Below are positions 1 through 10,212 of a stretch of DNA of 64,000 nucleotides, piece by piece; position 1 is the stretch's first letter; each line of letters starts with the position of its first letter. A program made the position numbers and the translations under genes. Under the pieces are notes generated by a model. The model was given only the letters and a program-made list of their open reading frames with translations, was not told the origin of the DNA and searched no databases. The DNA is from a virus: positions 32,001 to 96,000 of the IMG/VR virus record IMGVR_UViG_3300035158_000293. One strand, written 5' to 3'.

Positions 1-3000
1 GTAACGCTGTATGTCCGTTATCGGTTTTTGGAAGGTCTTCAAACCGGCCATGAAGGGTTCCAAGTAGTCCGCCGCCGCATCGAGGCCATAATGCAACGCA
101 ATGTTCCGCGCCTCTGTAATCCGCACAGCGTGTAACCCAAAAGGTGTGCCTTCCACCGGTACACCTCTTGCAATGTCTCCTGCCAGTTTCTTTGGTGAAA
201 TCGGTGCGTTCCCCCAATTCGCTTTGTCAAGCACACGTTTCACCACAAAACGAGGCACACCGTGCTCGGACGGAAGAGGTCCAACGGCAAGCATTGCCGC
301 GCCTTTTTGTAGTAACACGACGCCTTTCTCTTTGTCCTTCTCCTCGTAACCCAGTTTTTTGATGTCTGAAACGATGGAGGCGAAGGTCGCCGCCTTGTTT
401 GCAATCTCATACCCGGCAACACGCTGGTCAATGCCGGGTGCCTGATAAGCCCCACCAAACTCGGTGTCGAGGTACGCCTCCACGTCGTAAGGTAGTCGTG
501 TTTGCTGTGCCTCCCGCAAAGCCCTGAATATGTCTTTCGGGTATGCGTTTTCGTCGATAGGCCCTCGAAGTAAAACTTGCGCGGATTTGCGGATGTTCGC
601 AAAGTGCCCCTTCGTGTAATCGGACCTGTCGGAGGCTTTTTTGTAGTGGTCCAAGATGGCGATCAACTCGCGACCACATGCCCGCATACTCTCCGCGGCG
701 GCTTCTTGCTCTTTCTCGGTTGTGGCTTCTTGATATGCTTTAAGGTGTTTTTTGAGGCGCTTGTCAACCTCGTCGACCTCGTCAAGGGCACGCTCAATAG
801 AGCTTACCCACGCCTTGTCATCGCGAGGGTCATCCGCATCTCGAGCCTCCCGTAGTGCTTGTGAAAGGCTCACGCCCGTAACCTCGTAACACGCTTCCGA
901 CCCCGTTATCACTCTGACACCCTTGCCTTGGTGCTTCTTGATGTGCTCGTACAACGCTTCGGCATCACCCCCTTCCAACAAACTACGGTCGAAGTGATAA
1001 AAGAACGCCTCTGCATCTGGACGTGTCCCGAAGAAAGCCTCCATGACACGTTGGCGATCTTCAAAAACAACGGCTGTATCGACAACACGCGCTTGCTGAA
1101 GCGGTTTTATGTATGTTTTGATACAACCCTCGGCCTTTCGAATCAAATTACGCAGAGAGCCGCCTGCGCCGCGCACGGACTCCTCTACGGACGTGGGGCT
1201 GACCAACAGTTTTCGTCTTTCGCGGTCATAATGGAGTTCACCCGCACCACCTGAAAGCGAAATACCCACCACACCCTCCACAAACAGATCGATGTCGGTA
1301 GTCGCGATCTGTTTGTTCGGGGTGCTCGCATGCGTCACGCGCCGGTCAATAGCGTCAAGCGCGTTCCTGATGCTTTGCTGTGTTACGTCCTTGGCGCGAC
1401 CGGTAACAGACCTAGCCACCTCGCCCAAGTTAAATTCCTGCTTGACTTTACCCTTCAGGTTTTTCTCGACGTAAGCCTTGAAAACCGCAAGCGTGTGTGT
1501 CGGGACTTTCTTCGCTTTGGCGGGTCTACGACGTCGCCGTAATTGTGAAAGCAAATCGTAAGGTGCCCACGACCCTGTCGGGAAATCCATGATAATACGG
1601 GTCTTGCCGTCATGGGAAATCAACGTGATCCGATTACGGGAACCGGTGTGGAGGATGGAAGCCTTTGTGTAAACCACATCACCGATCTCAATCTGTAGAT
1701 TGTCGTACTCGTCCGACTCGGTGAGGTTGGTAACAGGCTGGTCACTCACGCCTTCTTCAAATCCGTAGTCCGGGTTGTCTTCCGGCTCTCCGGGGGACGT
1801 GAAACAATCCACCCCGCCGTTGACTGGGTACACCCCGTGGAAAAGCTCCCATTTTTCTGATAGGCCGGGGCCGGTCGGAAGCTCCAAAGTACGGTTGGTG
1901 GCAACAAGCTCCACCTCGACGACATCCACACCACGGCGCTTGACTTTTGCGGTCGCCGTATTCCGAAGCGTAGTCCCTTCAGTTGGAGACAGGATGATAC
2001 TGGACCGCTCCATCGGCCAGTACGCCTGCACAACGTCGCCGGGTTTGACTGTTTTCAGCCAACCCAAATAACGGGCCTCGTCGAAACCCTCTGTAATCCG
2101 TTCCAGAGTCATGTCTTCGTCCTCACCACTTCCTACCCTTACATCTGTCAAATCGAACCAAGTGGTATTGTAGGACGATTCTGGCAAATGCAAACCGGAC
2201 AAGGCTTCCACGATGTGCGCTCGGTGTGTAACGCCTTGCGCGTTTTGTGGATCACTTTTTGTTTTTTTCTGATCCGTAGTCCCCAAAGTCTCAAAAGTCC
2301 CGTTTCTCTCTGTGCGGCGCACGTTTTTTGACATGACCTGCTCCAAAACACTCTCGTTTGTGGCTTTCAGACTTTCCCAATCGGCTTTCAGTTCTGTCCA
2401 CGCGGTATAAAGGCGTCCATCTACCCCGCGCTTCACCTTGTCCGTCATCAATTCGGTAAATTCCTGCGGCTGGAACACCTCCCAAAAGTCCTTGCGGAAC
2501 GCCCTAAATCCAGCGTTGCCCTGCTCGAACCACTCCTGCGCTTTACCGCGCTCCTTCTCATAACGCTCGTACAAGTCCACCAACGCTTGACGAAAACGGG
2601 CGTGTACCTCGATTGGTGAATTGACATATGCAACGTCGTCAGCGTCGGTGTAGTCACTCGAGGGTTTCTTTCGGGGAGACGCTTTGGCAACAGCGGAAGC
2701 CACCCTGTCGAATTTGTCGCGCCCAAGCTCCGCAGCTTGAACATTGTGTGTAAACTCGTGAGTGAACCACTTCAAGGTTTCACGGTCGCGCAGTAGTTTG
2801 CTGAACCATTCCTTCAACGCCGCTTCTTTTTCGGCCTTGGAATCGGCTTTACGGTGCTTGCGCAGGGCGTCGACCTCCCCCGGTGCTTTGAGCAATATGG
2901 CAGGGGGTCGAGTAGTGTATGACGAGTGCCCTTTGAAAATGTTTTCGTCGAGCAAGAGTAAGTACAGTTTGCCGTCCGGCAAGTGTTCAACCAACTCGGG

Positions 3001-3198
3001 GGCCTTCTTTTTGAGCAACCTGCCCACATTGATGACGAAACTGAACATGTTGCCCCAATCGCGAACGACCCGCTTGAACGGGCCGGGGCCGGGTTGTGCA
3101 ACGCTCTCTCCTGCGGTCGGGGCGTGGCGCATTATGGTTTCGTAGACGTCGCGAGCTATGCGCACAGCTTCGACGTCCTGCTTGCGTTCGTTCAGCAT
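1..3198 (-). CDS. Giant multidomain protein (>1066 aa, 3' end beyond window) with N-terminal HExxH zincin-like domain
   Basis: Manual translation: AAAGGA RBS, ATG at 3198 (MLNERKQDVEAVR...), no stop found to base 1; THEFTHNVQ (HEFTH 2746-2760) followed by YVNSPIEVHAR. Confidence 0.8.
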   Translation of the reverse strand, partial: MLNERKQDVEAVRIARDVYETIMRHAPTAGESVAQPGPGPFKRVVRDWGNMFSFVINVGRLLKKKAPELVEHLPDGKLYLLLLDENIFKGHSSYTTRPPAILLKAPGEVDALRKHRKADSKAEKEAALKEWFSKLLRDRETLKWFTHEFTHNVQAAELGRDKFDRVASAVAKASPRKKPSSDYTDADDVAYVNSPIEVHARFRQALVDLYERYEKERGKAQEWFEQGNAGFRAFRKDFWEVFQPQEFTELMTDKVKRGVDGRLYTAWTELKADWESLKATNESVLEQVMSKNVRRTERNGTFETLGTTDQKKTKSDPQNAQGVTHRAHIVEALSGLHLPESSYNTTWFDLTDVRVGSGEDEDMTLERITEGFDEARYLGWLKTVKPGDVVQAYWPMERSSIILSPTEGTTLRNTATAKVKRRGVDVVEVELVATNRTLELPTGPGLSEKWELFHGVYPVNGGVDCFTSPGEPEDNPDYGFEEGVSDQPVTNLTESDEYDNLQIEIGDVVYTKASILHTGSRNRITLISHDGKTRIIMDFPTGSWAPYDLLSQLRRRRRPAKAKKVPTHTLAVFKAYVEKNLKGKVKQEFNLGEVARSVTGRAKDVTQQSIRNALDAIDRRVTHASTPNKQIATTDIDLFVEGVVGISLSGGAGELHYDRERRKLLVSPTSVEESVRGAGGSLRNLIRKAEGCIKTYIKPLQQARVVDTAVVFEDRQRVMEAFFGTRPDAEAFFYHFDRSLLEGGDAEALYEHIKKHQGKGVRVITGSEACYEVTGVSLSQALREARDADDPRDDKAWVSSIERALDEVDEVDKRLKKHLKAYQEATTEKEQEAAAESMRACGRELIAILDHYKKASDRSDYTKGHFANIRKSAQVLLRGPIDENAYPKDIFRALREAQQTRLPYDVEAYLDTEFGGAYQAPGIDQRVAGYEIANKAATFASIVSDIKKLGYEEKDKEKGVVLLQKGAAMLAVGPLPSEHGVPRFVVKRVLDKANWGNAPISPKKLAGDIARGVPVEGTPFGLHAVRITEARNIALHYGLDAAADYLEPFMAGLKTFQKPITDIQRY

Positions 3199-3263
3199 TT
3201 TGCGGTCCTTTAGCGGCGCTCTGTTTTATGCGGCGCGACAGCGAACAGTATTGCCGCCGTCAT

Positions 3264-3292
3264 ATTGTACCATCAGAACACAGTCTATGAAC
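3264..3292 (-). promoter_or_regulatory. Possible extended -10 promoter (TGgTACAAT) for the giant ORF
   Basis: Minus strand TTCATA-N16-TACAAT with TG dinucleotide, ~65 nt upstream of ATG 3198. Confidence 0.35.
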
Positions 3293-3345
3293 CACAAAAG
3301 TCGCTTTTTTCGTCGCGGTAGTCTTTTTGACGCTGTGTCAATGTT

Positions 3346-3430
3346 GCTTATGTGTGGAGTTCACCCCGCTTATGTGTGGAGTTCACCCCGCTTATGTGTG
3401 GAGTTCACCCCTCTTATGTGTGGAGTTCAC
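3346..3430. repeat. Tandem 22-bp direct repeat x~4 (GCTTATGTGTGGAGTTCACCCC), iteron-like
   Basis: Units at 3346, 3368, 3390 and a partial at 3412; intergenic; no spacers. Confidence 0.9.
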
Positions 3431-3750
3431 TCAGGCTTAGCTTTGAAGTGTACACAGTAAGACCCTTTGTTTGGACCCTCTGCCCAATCACTTGCAGACC
3501 CTTCGCGAACGCTTGGACAAGCGGGTTTGCGTAGTGGTTCTGTTTTCCCCGTTACCTTGTTTACGCGCTCCGTTGGAAAACGTGGATGCCCACAGCGTTG
3601 TTCAGAAGCCGTGTTAGGGTATAAGGTCGAAGGCTCATAATACCTGCACTCTGAGCACGGGCGGTGCATCCTCCGGGTTATACCGCGTAACCAAAGAAAC
3701 ACACAGCAACAAACAGCTAAACTAAGAAGCACAATTGCCGTGGTGATCAT
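3427..3750 (-). CDS. Small membrane-anchored Cys-rich hypothetical protein
   Basis: GGAGGAG RBS before MITTAIVLLSLAVCCCVFLWL hydrophobic segment; CxxC motif. Confidence 0.55.
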   Translation of the reverse strand: MITTAIVLLSLAVCCCVFLWLRGITRRMHRPCSECRYYEPSTLYPNTASEQRCGHPRFPTERVNKVTGKTEPLRKPACPSVREGSASDWAEGPNKGSYCVHFKAKPE

Positions 3751-3965
3751 CGCACTCCTCCATCCACTCTTTAACTGCGGCATAGAATTTCGCGCCGGGG
3801 GGTCGCTCCCACGGCATAAGGTCGGACTTGCGCAAACGTAGTGGTGGACCTGTTCGAGGTAACGCGAAGATGTAACCCTTGTACTGCACGACGCGAGGAC
3901 CACATAAAAACCCGTTTTTGATGCGTATGCAAGGCATTGGAAACCCCTGTCTTAAAACGTCTGAA

Positions 3966-4286
3966 TCAACCCACAGCCTCATACTCTTCAATGACAGCGG
4001 GAACCCAAACAGTCGCGTGAGACACGCTGAATCCATCGGGGTAGTGCCAGACGTAATCCACGGGTTCACCCGTTATGCGAAAGGTGATGGTACAAATGAG
4101 GCCCATACGCACAGTAACCTTGGAGCCGACATGCGGGACTACGCCACCGGGGAGGGTTATCTGTGGGTGAATGTCCAGCCGCTCATCGTCACAGTCGAGC
4201 ATCACCGCAATTTCAGTAAACTCAATGCGCATAGGGGAGGGAACAGCCTTTCGCCTTAGCTCTCTTATTAGCTTTTCTTCGTTCAT
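3966..4286 (-). CDS. Hypothetical protein
   Basis: GAGGA RBS; tight operon packing. Confidence 0.55.
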   Translation of the reverse strand: MNEEKLIRELRRKAVPSPMRIEFTEIAVMLDCDDERLDIHPQITLPGGVVPHVGSKVTVRMGLICTITFRITGEPVDYVWHYPDGFSVSHATVWVPAVIEEYEAVG

Positions 4287-4287
4287 G

Positions 4288-4881
4288 TTATTCCTCTGTT
4301 TTTACGTGTCCAATTTGTTCATCAACCCAAGCCAGAATCCTCTTGGTAGCTGCAAGGGTTTCAGCGTGGTCGTAATCGTCGTCAAGAGGGTCTTTCGTTG
4401 CCAGCCTAAAATCCTTGGAGCTACATTTAGAGTAAGCACAACACCGCAAACAAAAAACACCTCGCGGGTGAGTCTTCTCTAAGAATTTACACAAAGCACA
4501 AGGCCCGTGCCAATCAGGGCTCCATTGGTCCACACCCTTTCCTTGAGCCTCTAGAATTCCAGCCCACTTCTCTCGGACCTTCTCCCACACCTCAAGCGGC
4601 ACGTCCTTAACCCCAACCATCCTTTCCTCGGACATGTTTGACTCCTTAACTGCCCTAACAGATTCACGAAGCAGCCTGTCGGCTTCTTCCTTCGCCTCCT
4701 TGTTATCGGGGTGGAGTAAACACCTTGCGCAAAGCCCCTCGTAAGGGCCATACATACGGTTAGCGCATGTACGGCACCAGCCCAATCCCGTGAACATAGA
4801 AGCGGGAGTGCCATCCAAGCGATAATCCTTGACGTAGTTGTTCTTGTGGCTTGGCTCTAAGGTGCCTCTGTCTCTTGACAT
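4288..4881 (-). CDS. Hypothetical Cys-rich protein
   Basis: AAGGAG RBS; several CxxC pairs. Confidence 0.55.
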   Translation of the reverse strand: MSRDRGTLEPSHKNNYVKDYRLDGTPASMFTGLGWCRTCANRMYGPYEGLCARCLLHPDNKEAKEEADRLLRESVRAVKESNMSEERMVGVKDVPLEVWEKVREKWAGILEAQGKGVDQWSPDWHGPCALCKFLEKTHPRGVFCLRCCAYSKCSSKDFRLATKDPLDDDYDHAETLAATKRILAWVDEQIGHVKTEE

Positions 4882-5129
4882 TGTGTCACTCCTTTAGCTC
4901 GCTGATCCACGACAACAGCGGGAACGTAAACCACACAACATGCGTCGCCATTACCAAAGCGGTGGTACTCGTAACGCGGTGGACTATCGAGAATTTTGAG
5001 TTTTGTTGCAGGTCCATCCGGGTGGCGCATCACCGAAACCTCTGATCCAGCAACAGGGATTACGTCAACAGGCAGAGCAACACTACCCTCCTCGCACGCC
5101 AATATAACAGTAACACCCTGACGTACCAT
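4857..5129 (-). CDS. Hypothetical protein, weakly similar to 3966-4286
   Basis: GGAGGG RBS; shared V(I/V)P.(A/V)GS.V.V.M and V(Y/W)VPAV motifs. Confidence 0.5.
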   Translation of the reverse strand: MVRQGVTVILACEEGSVALPVDVIPVAGSEVSVMRHPDGPATKLKILDSPPRYEYHRFGNGDACCVVYVPAVVVDQRAKGVTQCQETEAP

Positions 5130-5564
5130 TTAGCCCTCCACGCCGAAGGGTACATCGTATATCTGCCCCTGCTCTGGACGCCACGCGATAATGCGATAGC
5201 TCGCGTTTTCACGGTCACAAGCATAATACGCCGTACCTACCTTGTTCCACAGCACCCCTGCTACGTTGCGTCGCACAGAGAGTGTTTGCCCGCCTGCGGT
5301 CAGTATCTCGAGCGCCTTCTGGCTCTCTGGCGGTTCGCCTGTACGCCAACGGCTTTGCCATTCACACGCGGCCTCGCCTCCTATTTTATACAAGCCTGTA
5401 CCGTCGAGACACAGGTGCTTTTTGTCCGCCTTGGAACAGCGCACGTAGTAAAGCGGAACATCGGCTTCGATAACCGCCGCAACCAGAGCTTTCGCTCCAC
5501 AGGAACACGGCGCAAGGTTCTCCGCAATAAAACCGTGTGTGCCCTCTCTATGACGCTGATCCAT
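5130..5564 (-). CDS. Zn-ribbon protein, Lar-like N-terminus
   Basis: LAPCSCG...YYVRCS...EAACEW pattern. Confidence 0.45.
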   Translation of the reverse strand: MDQRHREGTHGFIAENLAPCSCGAKALVAAVIEADVPLYYVRCSKADKKHLCLDGTGLYKIGGEAACEWQSRWRTGEPPESQKALEILTAGGQTLSVRRNVAGVLWNKVGTAYYACDRENASYRIIAWRPEQGQIYDVPFGVEG

Positions 5565-5942
5565 AGCCGCTTCTTTCTCAGAAGTGCGTCTCGTAGTTTT
5601 CTTCGGGATCATAAGCCCACTCCCATTCCTCTGCACGAATCCAGAAAATGTAAAGGGTATCCACGGCGGACAATGCCATAGCCCCAGTCGATTCACGGAC
5701 ATCCACCAAACGAAAGAGCAAAGCGGCTGTCCCTTCTTCTTTTTTGCTCTTCTCGCGCCAATAATAGCGACGCCCACCGTGTACGGGCGGGATGCCATCA
5801 TACCACAAACCGGGGATACCGCTGTTCAATGCTTGCCGATACGTAGCGACTTTGTCGGCCACCAATTTGCACAGCTTTTGTATTTCTCTCACCGGATCGG
5901 AATACTCCACACCACACCCCCTGAAACGGCTGCCAACACCGC

Positions 5943-6458
5943 TCACTCACACATATATTCTTCTGTTCTATACCGGTCAAGCAAAAAACACTCAATTAAA
6001 AAAACAAACAGCAAGACGCCCCCAATCGCGAACCCACGTAGCACACCACGAGGCAAGGCGAAGAAGAGCATCAAACTCGCCCCAAGTAACGCGCCGTACA
6101 CCACAAGGGTCAAAAACCAATTGCGGTCGGGTGGTGCATGTGTAAACGGGTCCGGCTTGGATCGGGCAATGTACGCCTCCGCGCTGTCGGGCATGTATTG
6201 TCCGTTGTAGTAAGCCACGCCGTGTTCACACGTCCGGCATCTTTCACGCTCTCCGCACGCCCCTGTAACGTAACGCGACCCGCCGCATACCGGACACCAA
6301 TTGTTGGTGATGTACCACGGCAGATGCTCGCGAGCCCAACTCCATGTAATACGTGGTTTTCGTGACACGGACACGATGTAACCCTCCTGTGTTGTGATAC
6401 CCTCGAGGTCCAAAGCTGTATCTCCTAAATAGGCGGCAAATCCTTCTCGTCCGCCCAA
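5943..6458 (-). CDS. Zn-finger membrane protein
   Basis: CPVCGG...CRTC followed by two hydrophobic segments; start uncertain. Confidence 0.5.
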   Translation of the reverse strand: MGGREGFAAYLGDTALDLEGITTQEGYIVSVSRKPRITWSWAREHLPWYITNNWCPVCGGSRYVTGACGERERCRTCEHGVAYYNGQYMPDSAEAYIARSKPDPFTHAPPDRNWFLTLVVYGALLGASLMLFFALPRGVLRGFAIGGVLLFVFLIECFLLDRYRTEEYMCE

Positions 6459-6991
6459 TCCACTACCTTGTCCCGCTTGACTTCAATGGTTGGTGGGAGC
6501 GTGTACCAAGTGCCGTCATCGCGCCGGTGTAATTTGGCCGGTTGACATTGTGTCAAGTTAGAGCACGCATCAACACACGGAAGCCAGTCGGAGGGATTGC
6601 CGGTTTTGAATGAGCAACCACACGCCTCACCGTCGTTCCAATAAAGCCCGTCGTAGCCGTTGTCCTGAAGCCACCGCCTGACAAGGTCCGGCAGGATGTC
6701 GTCCATATCGCGGATGTGCCTGCATTCCTTGACATCCACACAATCCCGACCAAGCACTATGCCAAGCCCGCCGGGGCCGGAGTTCAAGCCCCGTATGGAT
6801 GCCATATCGGTCACAAGCACAGCCTCGCATTGCGGACACTCACAAACATGCGTCTTGTACTGAGCGTCACCGTGTTTGCACTCGTCGTAGTCCTTCCTCT
6901 GCATCACGTATCGCAAGTGTTTCCAAACAACCTCACCGTGATACCGACAAGCGGGACAAGATACAAGCTCCAACGTCACTTTTTCACTCAT
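6425..6991 (-). CDS. Cys-rich protein (NGxDGL family)
   Basis: GGAG RBS; WLQDNGYDGL...ACGC shared with 10983-11270. Confidence 0.6.
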   Translation of the reverse strand: MSEKVTLELVSCPACRYHGEVVWKHLRYVMQRKDYDECKHGDAQYKTHVCECPQCEAVLVTDMASIRGLNSGPGGLGIVLGRDCVDVKECRHIRDMDDILPDLVRRWLQDNGYDGLYWNDGEACGCSFKTGNPSDWLPCVDACSNLTQCQPAKLHRRDDGTWYTLPPTIEVKRDKVVDWADEKDLPPI

Positions 6992-7406
6992 CGTTTTCTC
7001 CTTGGTCGGAACCACGTAACGCATCCCATATTCTCACCGCTTCCTCCTCAGAATATCGCCAAGACCCGGCTGCCCCGCAGCTACGACATTTCACTTGATA
7101 CCGCTCCTTGTCATGCGTGACGTATGTTTCAGAAGACAGGTCAGAAGACAGGCAAAAAGGGCACGGACCCGGCGTGTGCGGAAACTGAGGCAGAATCAGG
7201 TAGTGTGTGAATTTCCCTGTAACATCGGGAGGCACTTTGTGCCGGAATTCGAGCACCAGCATAGTTCTATCGACGGGATCGCGATAACCCACAATCGCAG
7301 GCCGTGGCACTTTATCCCACTCCGTGATCTCGCGCCATATACCTACGACATTTGGGTTGAATTCCAAGCCCCGCTGAGGGTTGTTTGTTTTTCGTTCCTC
7401 TGTCAT
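6984..7406 (-). CDS. Lar (restriction alleviation)-like Zn-ribbon protein
   Basis: PCPFC...YQVKCRSCGA...EEEAVRIW. Confidence 0.55.
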   Translation of the reverse strand: MTEERKTNNPQRGLEFNPNVVGIWREITEWDKVPRPAIVGYRDPVDRTMLVLEFRHKVPPDVTGKFTHYLILPQFPHTPGPCPFCLSSDLSSETYVTHDKERYQVKCRSCGAAGSWRYSEEEAVRIWDALRGSDQGENDE

Positions 7407-7490
7407 CAAACTGTCTCCGCTTTGTGTGGTATACCAAGATAAACGACGGGTGTGTCGTCAGTTTACAACACACCCGCCTGTCCTCTCGTA

Positions 7491-7733
7491 CTACCCTCGG
7501 GGAATGTGAGACCCTTTCGTGCCGTGCAACGGGCAATTGTCATCCACCGCCGGGTAGCCGCGAGCCGTCAAACCAGAGCAGGTACACTCTCTAGGCTTCT
7601 CGGCCTCCCGCTTCGCTTTCCGCGCCTCCCGCTGATCTCCTGCGGATGCGCCGCAACTCGGGCAACCCATAAACCATGCGTCACGCTCGAGTCCCATACC
7701 GTAGAGCTTTCCGCACTTTGAACACTTCGCCAT
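7491..7733 (-). CDS. Small double Zn-ribbon protein (family C, copy 1)
   Basis: MAKCSKCG..YG...CPSCG..A..QR...CTC...CPLH; paralogs at 19398 and 19714. Confidence 0.7.
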   Translation of the reverse strand: MAKCSKCGKLYGMGLERDAWFMGCPSCGASAGDQREARKAKREAEKPRECTCSGLTARGYPAVDDNCPLHGTKGSHIPRG

Positions 7734-8023
7734 GTCAATCTCCTTCCAGCGCCCGCCAAGATTAAACCGTAGTCCCGCCCGTTCCTATTCTTCCTTCTCC
7801 TCTGTATCTTCCTCGCCTTCCTCGCCTTCCTCGCCCTGTTCCTGCATAAGGCGCGTGTAACAATAGGGGCAAAGCTGTGGAAACGCCGTATGCTTCCAAC
7901 CCTTCGGAACAATGCAGCCGAAACGCTTACCGCCTTCCAGACAATTCGGGTTTGCACAACGCATGTTGCCCTCCTTACTCATTTTCCGAATACACGTCTA
8001 CGCTATCTTGAATTGCGGCACAC

Positions 8024-8431
8024 TCACACCTCTTCCTGCCGCAAATCAAAAACCTTAAAATGGCCGCTGTCGGGCATCGGGCAGTCAAAAAGCACCTCGC
8101 ACCGGAAGCGATATTCGTCCATGATCCCAAACGAGGAAAAAACCTCACCCCGAACGTCCAAAACAAGGTGCTCTTCACTACGCTCGACCTCGTGTTTTGG
8201 CTTTAGCTCGCAGTAATCGTTTCCAGCCTGAAACTGTTCTTGCAACCACTTCCCGTACACGAAGTTAGCGGCCTCGTACACATCCGTGACGCCCTTCACG
8301 TAGTACAGATGGAAAGTGTCGTACTCACCGTATTGCCCCTCGCGCACTTTGAATAGACAGTTCATTCCAACTCCTCCGGTTTTAATTGTGGTCGCAAGGG
8401 AACCCATTTGGTTTGTTTGCAGGCGATACAT
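8024..8431 (-). CDS. Hypothetical protein
   Basis: ORF in operon; true start probably at MNCLF after GGAGGAG. Confidence 0.5.
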   Translation of the reverse strand: MYRLQTNQMGSLATTIKTGGVGMNCLFKVREGQYGEYDTFHLYYVKGVTDVYEAANFVYGKWLQEQFQAGNDYCELKPKHEVERSEEHLVLDVRGEVFSSFGIMDEYRFRCEVLFDCPMPDSGHFKVFDLRQEEV

Positions 8432-8758
8432 TTCATCTGTATCTCTGCCCCTTGTTTTGTCGTCCTCACTTTCCCGTTACTTGCCATCACGTTGTGGCAC
8501 TTCGAGCATGTTAGCACCATGACTACTCCTCCTCGGGTTTTGGGACACCTCGCGCTCTTCGCAACCGATCTGTCTGCGGGTTTGCAATTACAAAGTCGTC
8601 AGGCACTCTGTGGATTGTCACCTGTGTCTCGTCGGGGGAGGGTTGATTGGGGAGGCGTCTTTCTAAAATGCTCTCGTGGTCACTCGTAACGTAAACGAGC
8701 ATCCTTGGATTTAGGAACATGTGCCGCTTCCCTTTGCTGTCCTCAACTGCTACCATCT

Positions 8759-9229
8759 TCATTTGTCGTCCTCCATGTACGTAAAAGTCAAACCCAACTC
8801 TCTTGCCAATTTGATCTCCCGCACCATCTGTTCGGTCATGTACCGGCCTTCGAGAGGCACGGTGCAAGCGTCGGTGGGTTCGGTGGCGTGTCCGTAAATC
8901 CACACCGCCGGAGGGTTACAACTCTCGCGCCCAGCCAACGGGCACGCACTACACACCCCGTCGCAACCCTTGAAAACCTCACCCGCACATGCCACCATGC
9001 GGAGCAGGTGTTCACTTATGCGTAGGCCAGCTTCCCGGTCCCTCGGGACGGTGCTGTCAAGGCACTTCCCAAACGTAAACAATTGGGGAGCAACCGGTAT
9101 ACATCCGGCGTCGATGACTTCGCGCACGGCAGAGCTGAATACACTCAAATGCGTATAAAAGCGTGCAATCCGCTCAGGATTCGTGCATTCACCCTCTGAC
9201 ACCGGGCTTATTATGTAGACGTATCTCAT
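8759..9229 (-). CDS. DUF4406/nucleoside deoxyribosyltransferase-like protein (family B, copy 1)
   Basis: YVYIISP...PVAP...REAG...VWIYG...MVREIKLARELG. Confidence 0.6.
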   Translation of the reverse strand: MRYVYIISPVSEGECTNPERIARFYTHLSVFSSAVREVIDAGCIPVAPQLFTFGKCLDSTVPRDREAGLRISEHLLRMVACAGEVFKGCDGVCSACPLAGRESCNPPAVWIYGHATEPTDACTVPLEGRYMTEQMVREIKLARELGLTFTYMEDDK

Positions 9230-10212
9230 ATGTCACCATCCCTTTCAATGGTCCACTTGCGGACTACTTGCCTCCGCCAATAAGGTTCATCCCTCTGGTC
9301 CTTAATCGTTATGGTGTCACTCTCCCGCTCAATGAGCCACTCGCGGAGTTTTTGTTGCTGCCACCGGAGTTCGTCTTCTTGGTTCGCGAGCGGCATAGCC
9401 ATCCGAGCGTAATCTGCGGCCTCAACAAGACAAGGGTGAGCAGCGGCGTAGTTACCAGACGAAGAACGACGTTCAACGCCTTTGGCCTCTTGGCAAGCCT
9501 GTGTTATAAACGGGTGATATACCCCAAAAAACAATGCCCTATCCGCAAAAGCCTCTGCCAGTTCGGTAAGTCTGTCAAGCCCGATTCTAAGCTCGCGGAT
9601 CATCCGAAGGGTATCCATAAAAGGCAACTCCGCAAGCACACGAAAATTGACTCGCTTGCGCCCTGCGAAGAGCTTGTCTACCCTCTCCTTGGGGTAATGA
9701 TCGAGTAGCGTTTCTCGTGTAACGCCCCTCCGTCGCCCTTCCCTCTTCATGAGCCACTCGCGAAGTTTTTGCTTCAACCACTCACGCTCTGCCGCCACAA
9801 CGTCTTCGACAGCGGGATTAGCAACGCTTAACTCGCGCCGCCTTCTAGGGCAATTAATCGCAGAAGCCACGACACGATTGGCGGACCTCATAACTATACG
9901 ACGCACATCGGATATTGATGCGTTGTGGGCGTCGTAGAGGCAGTCTTCTGCAATGGTGGGGCTGTACAGGCCCCCATCCCGCGTTGGACACCCGCGCTCT
10001 GCGATGTCCCTTACTAATTTCCACAGATGATCAAGGCCGATTCTGAGTTCGCAGATGAACCAGATGGCATCTTCAAAGGGCAGGTCTGCGAGCGTGCGCC
10101 AAGCTATTTTGGTGCGCCCTGCGAGAAACTTGTTTAGTTCCTCCGAAGTAAGGTTCCCCCGGTTTTCCATCAAAGTTTCACTACTAATGTACTTCACCCT
10201 TCTCACCTCCAT
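9226..10212 (-). CDS. Family A helical protein, two tandem domains
   Basis: Twice (F)AGR....R.LA.LPF.D....I.ELRIGLD.L...KLREWL..RE. Confidence 0.7.
   Translation of the reverse strand: MEVRRVKYISSETLMENRGNLTSEELNKFLAGRTKIAWRTLADLPFEDAIWFICELRIGLDHLWKLVRDIAERGCPTRDGGLYSPTIAEDCLYDAHNASISDVRRIVMRSANRVVASAINCPRRRRELSVANPAVEDVVAAEREWLKQKLREWLMKREGRRRGVTRETLLDHYPKERVDKLFAGRKRVNFRVLAELPFMDTLRMIRELRIGLDRLTELAEAFADRALFFGVYHPFITQACQEAKGVERRSSSGNYAAAHPCLVEAADYARMAMPLANQEDELRWQQQKLREWLIERESDTITIKDQRDEPYWRRQVVRKWTIERDGDI

Noticed and set aside
1232-1243. Partial match (TGGAGTTCACCC) to the 22-bp repeat unit
   Set aside because: Single 12-nt match inside a CDS; too weak to call
3346-3430. 22-bp repeat as a second CRISPR array or repeat protein
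   Set aside because: No spacers, no similarity to the I-C repeat, and period is not a multiple of 3
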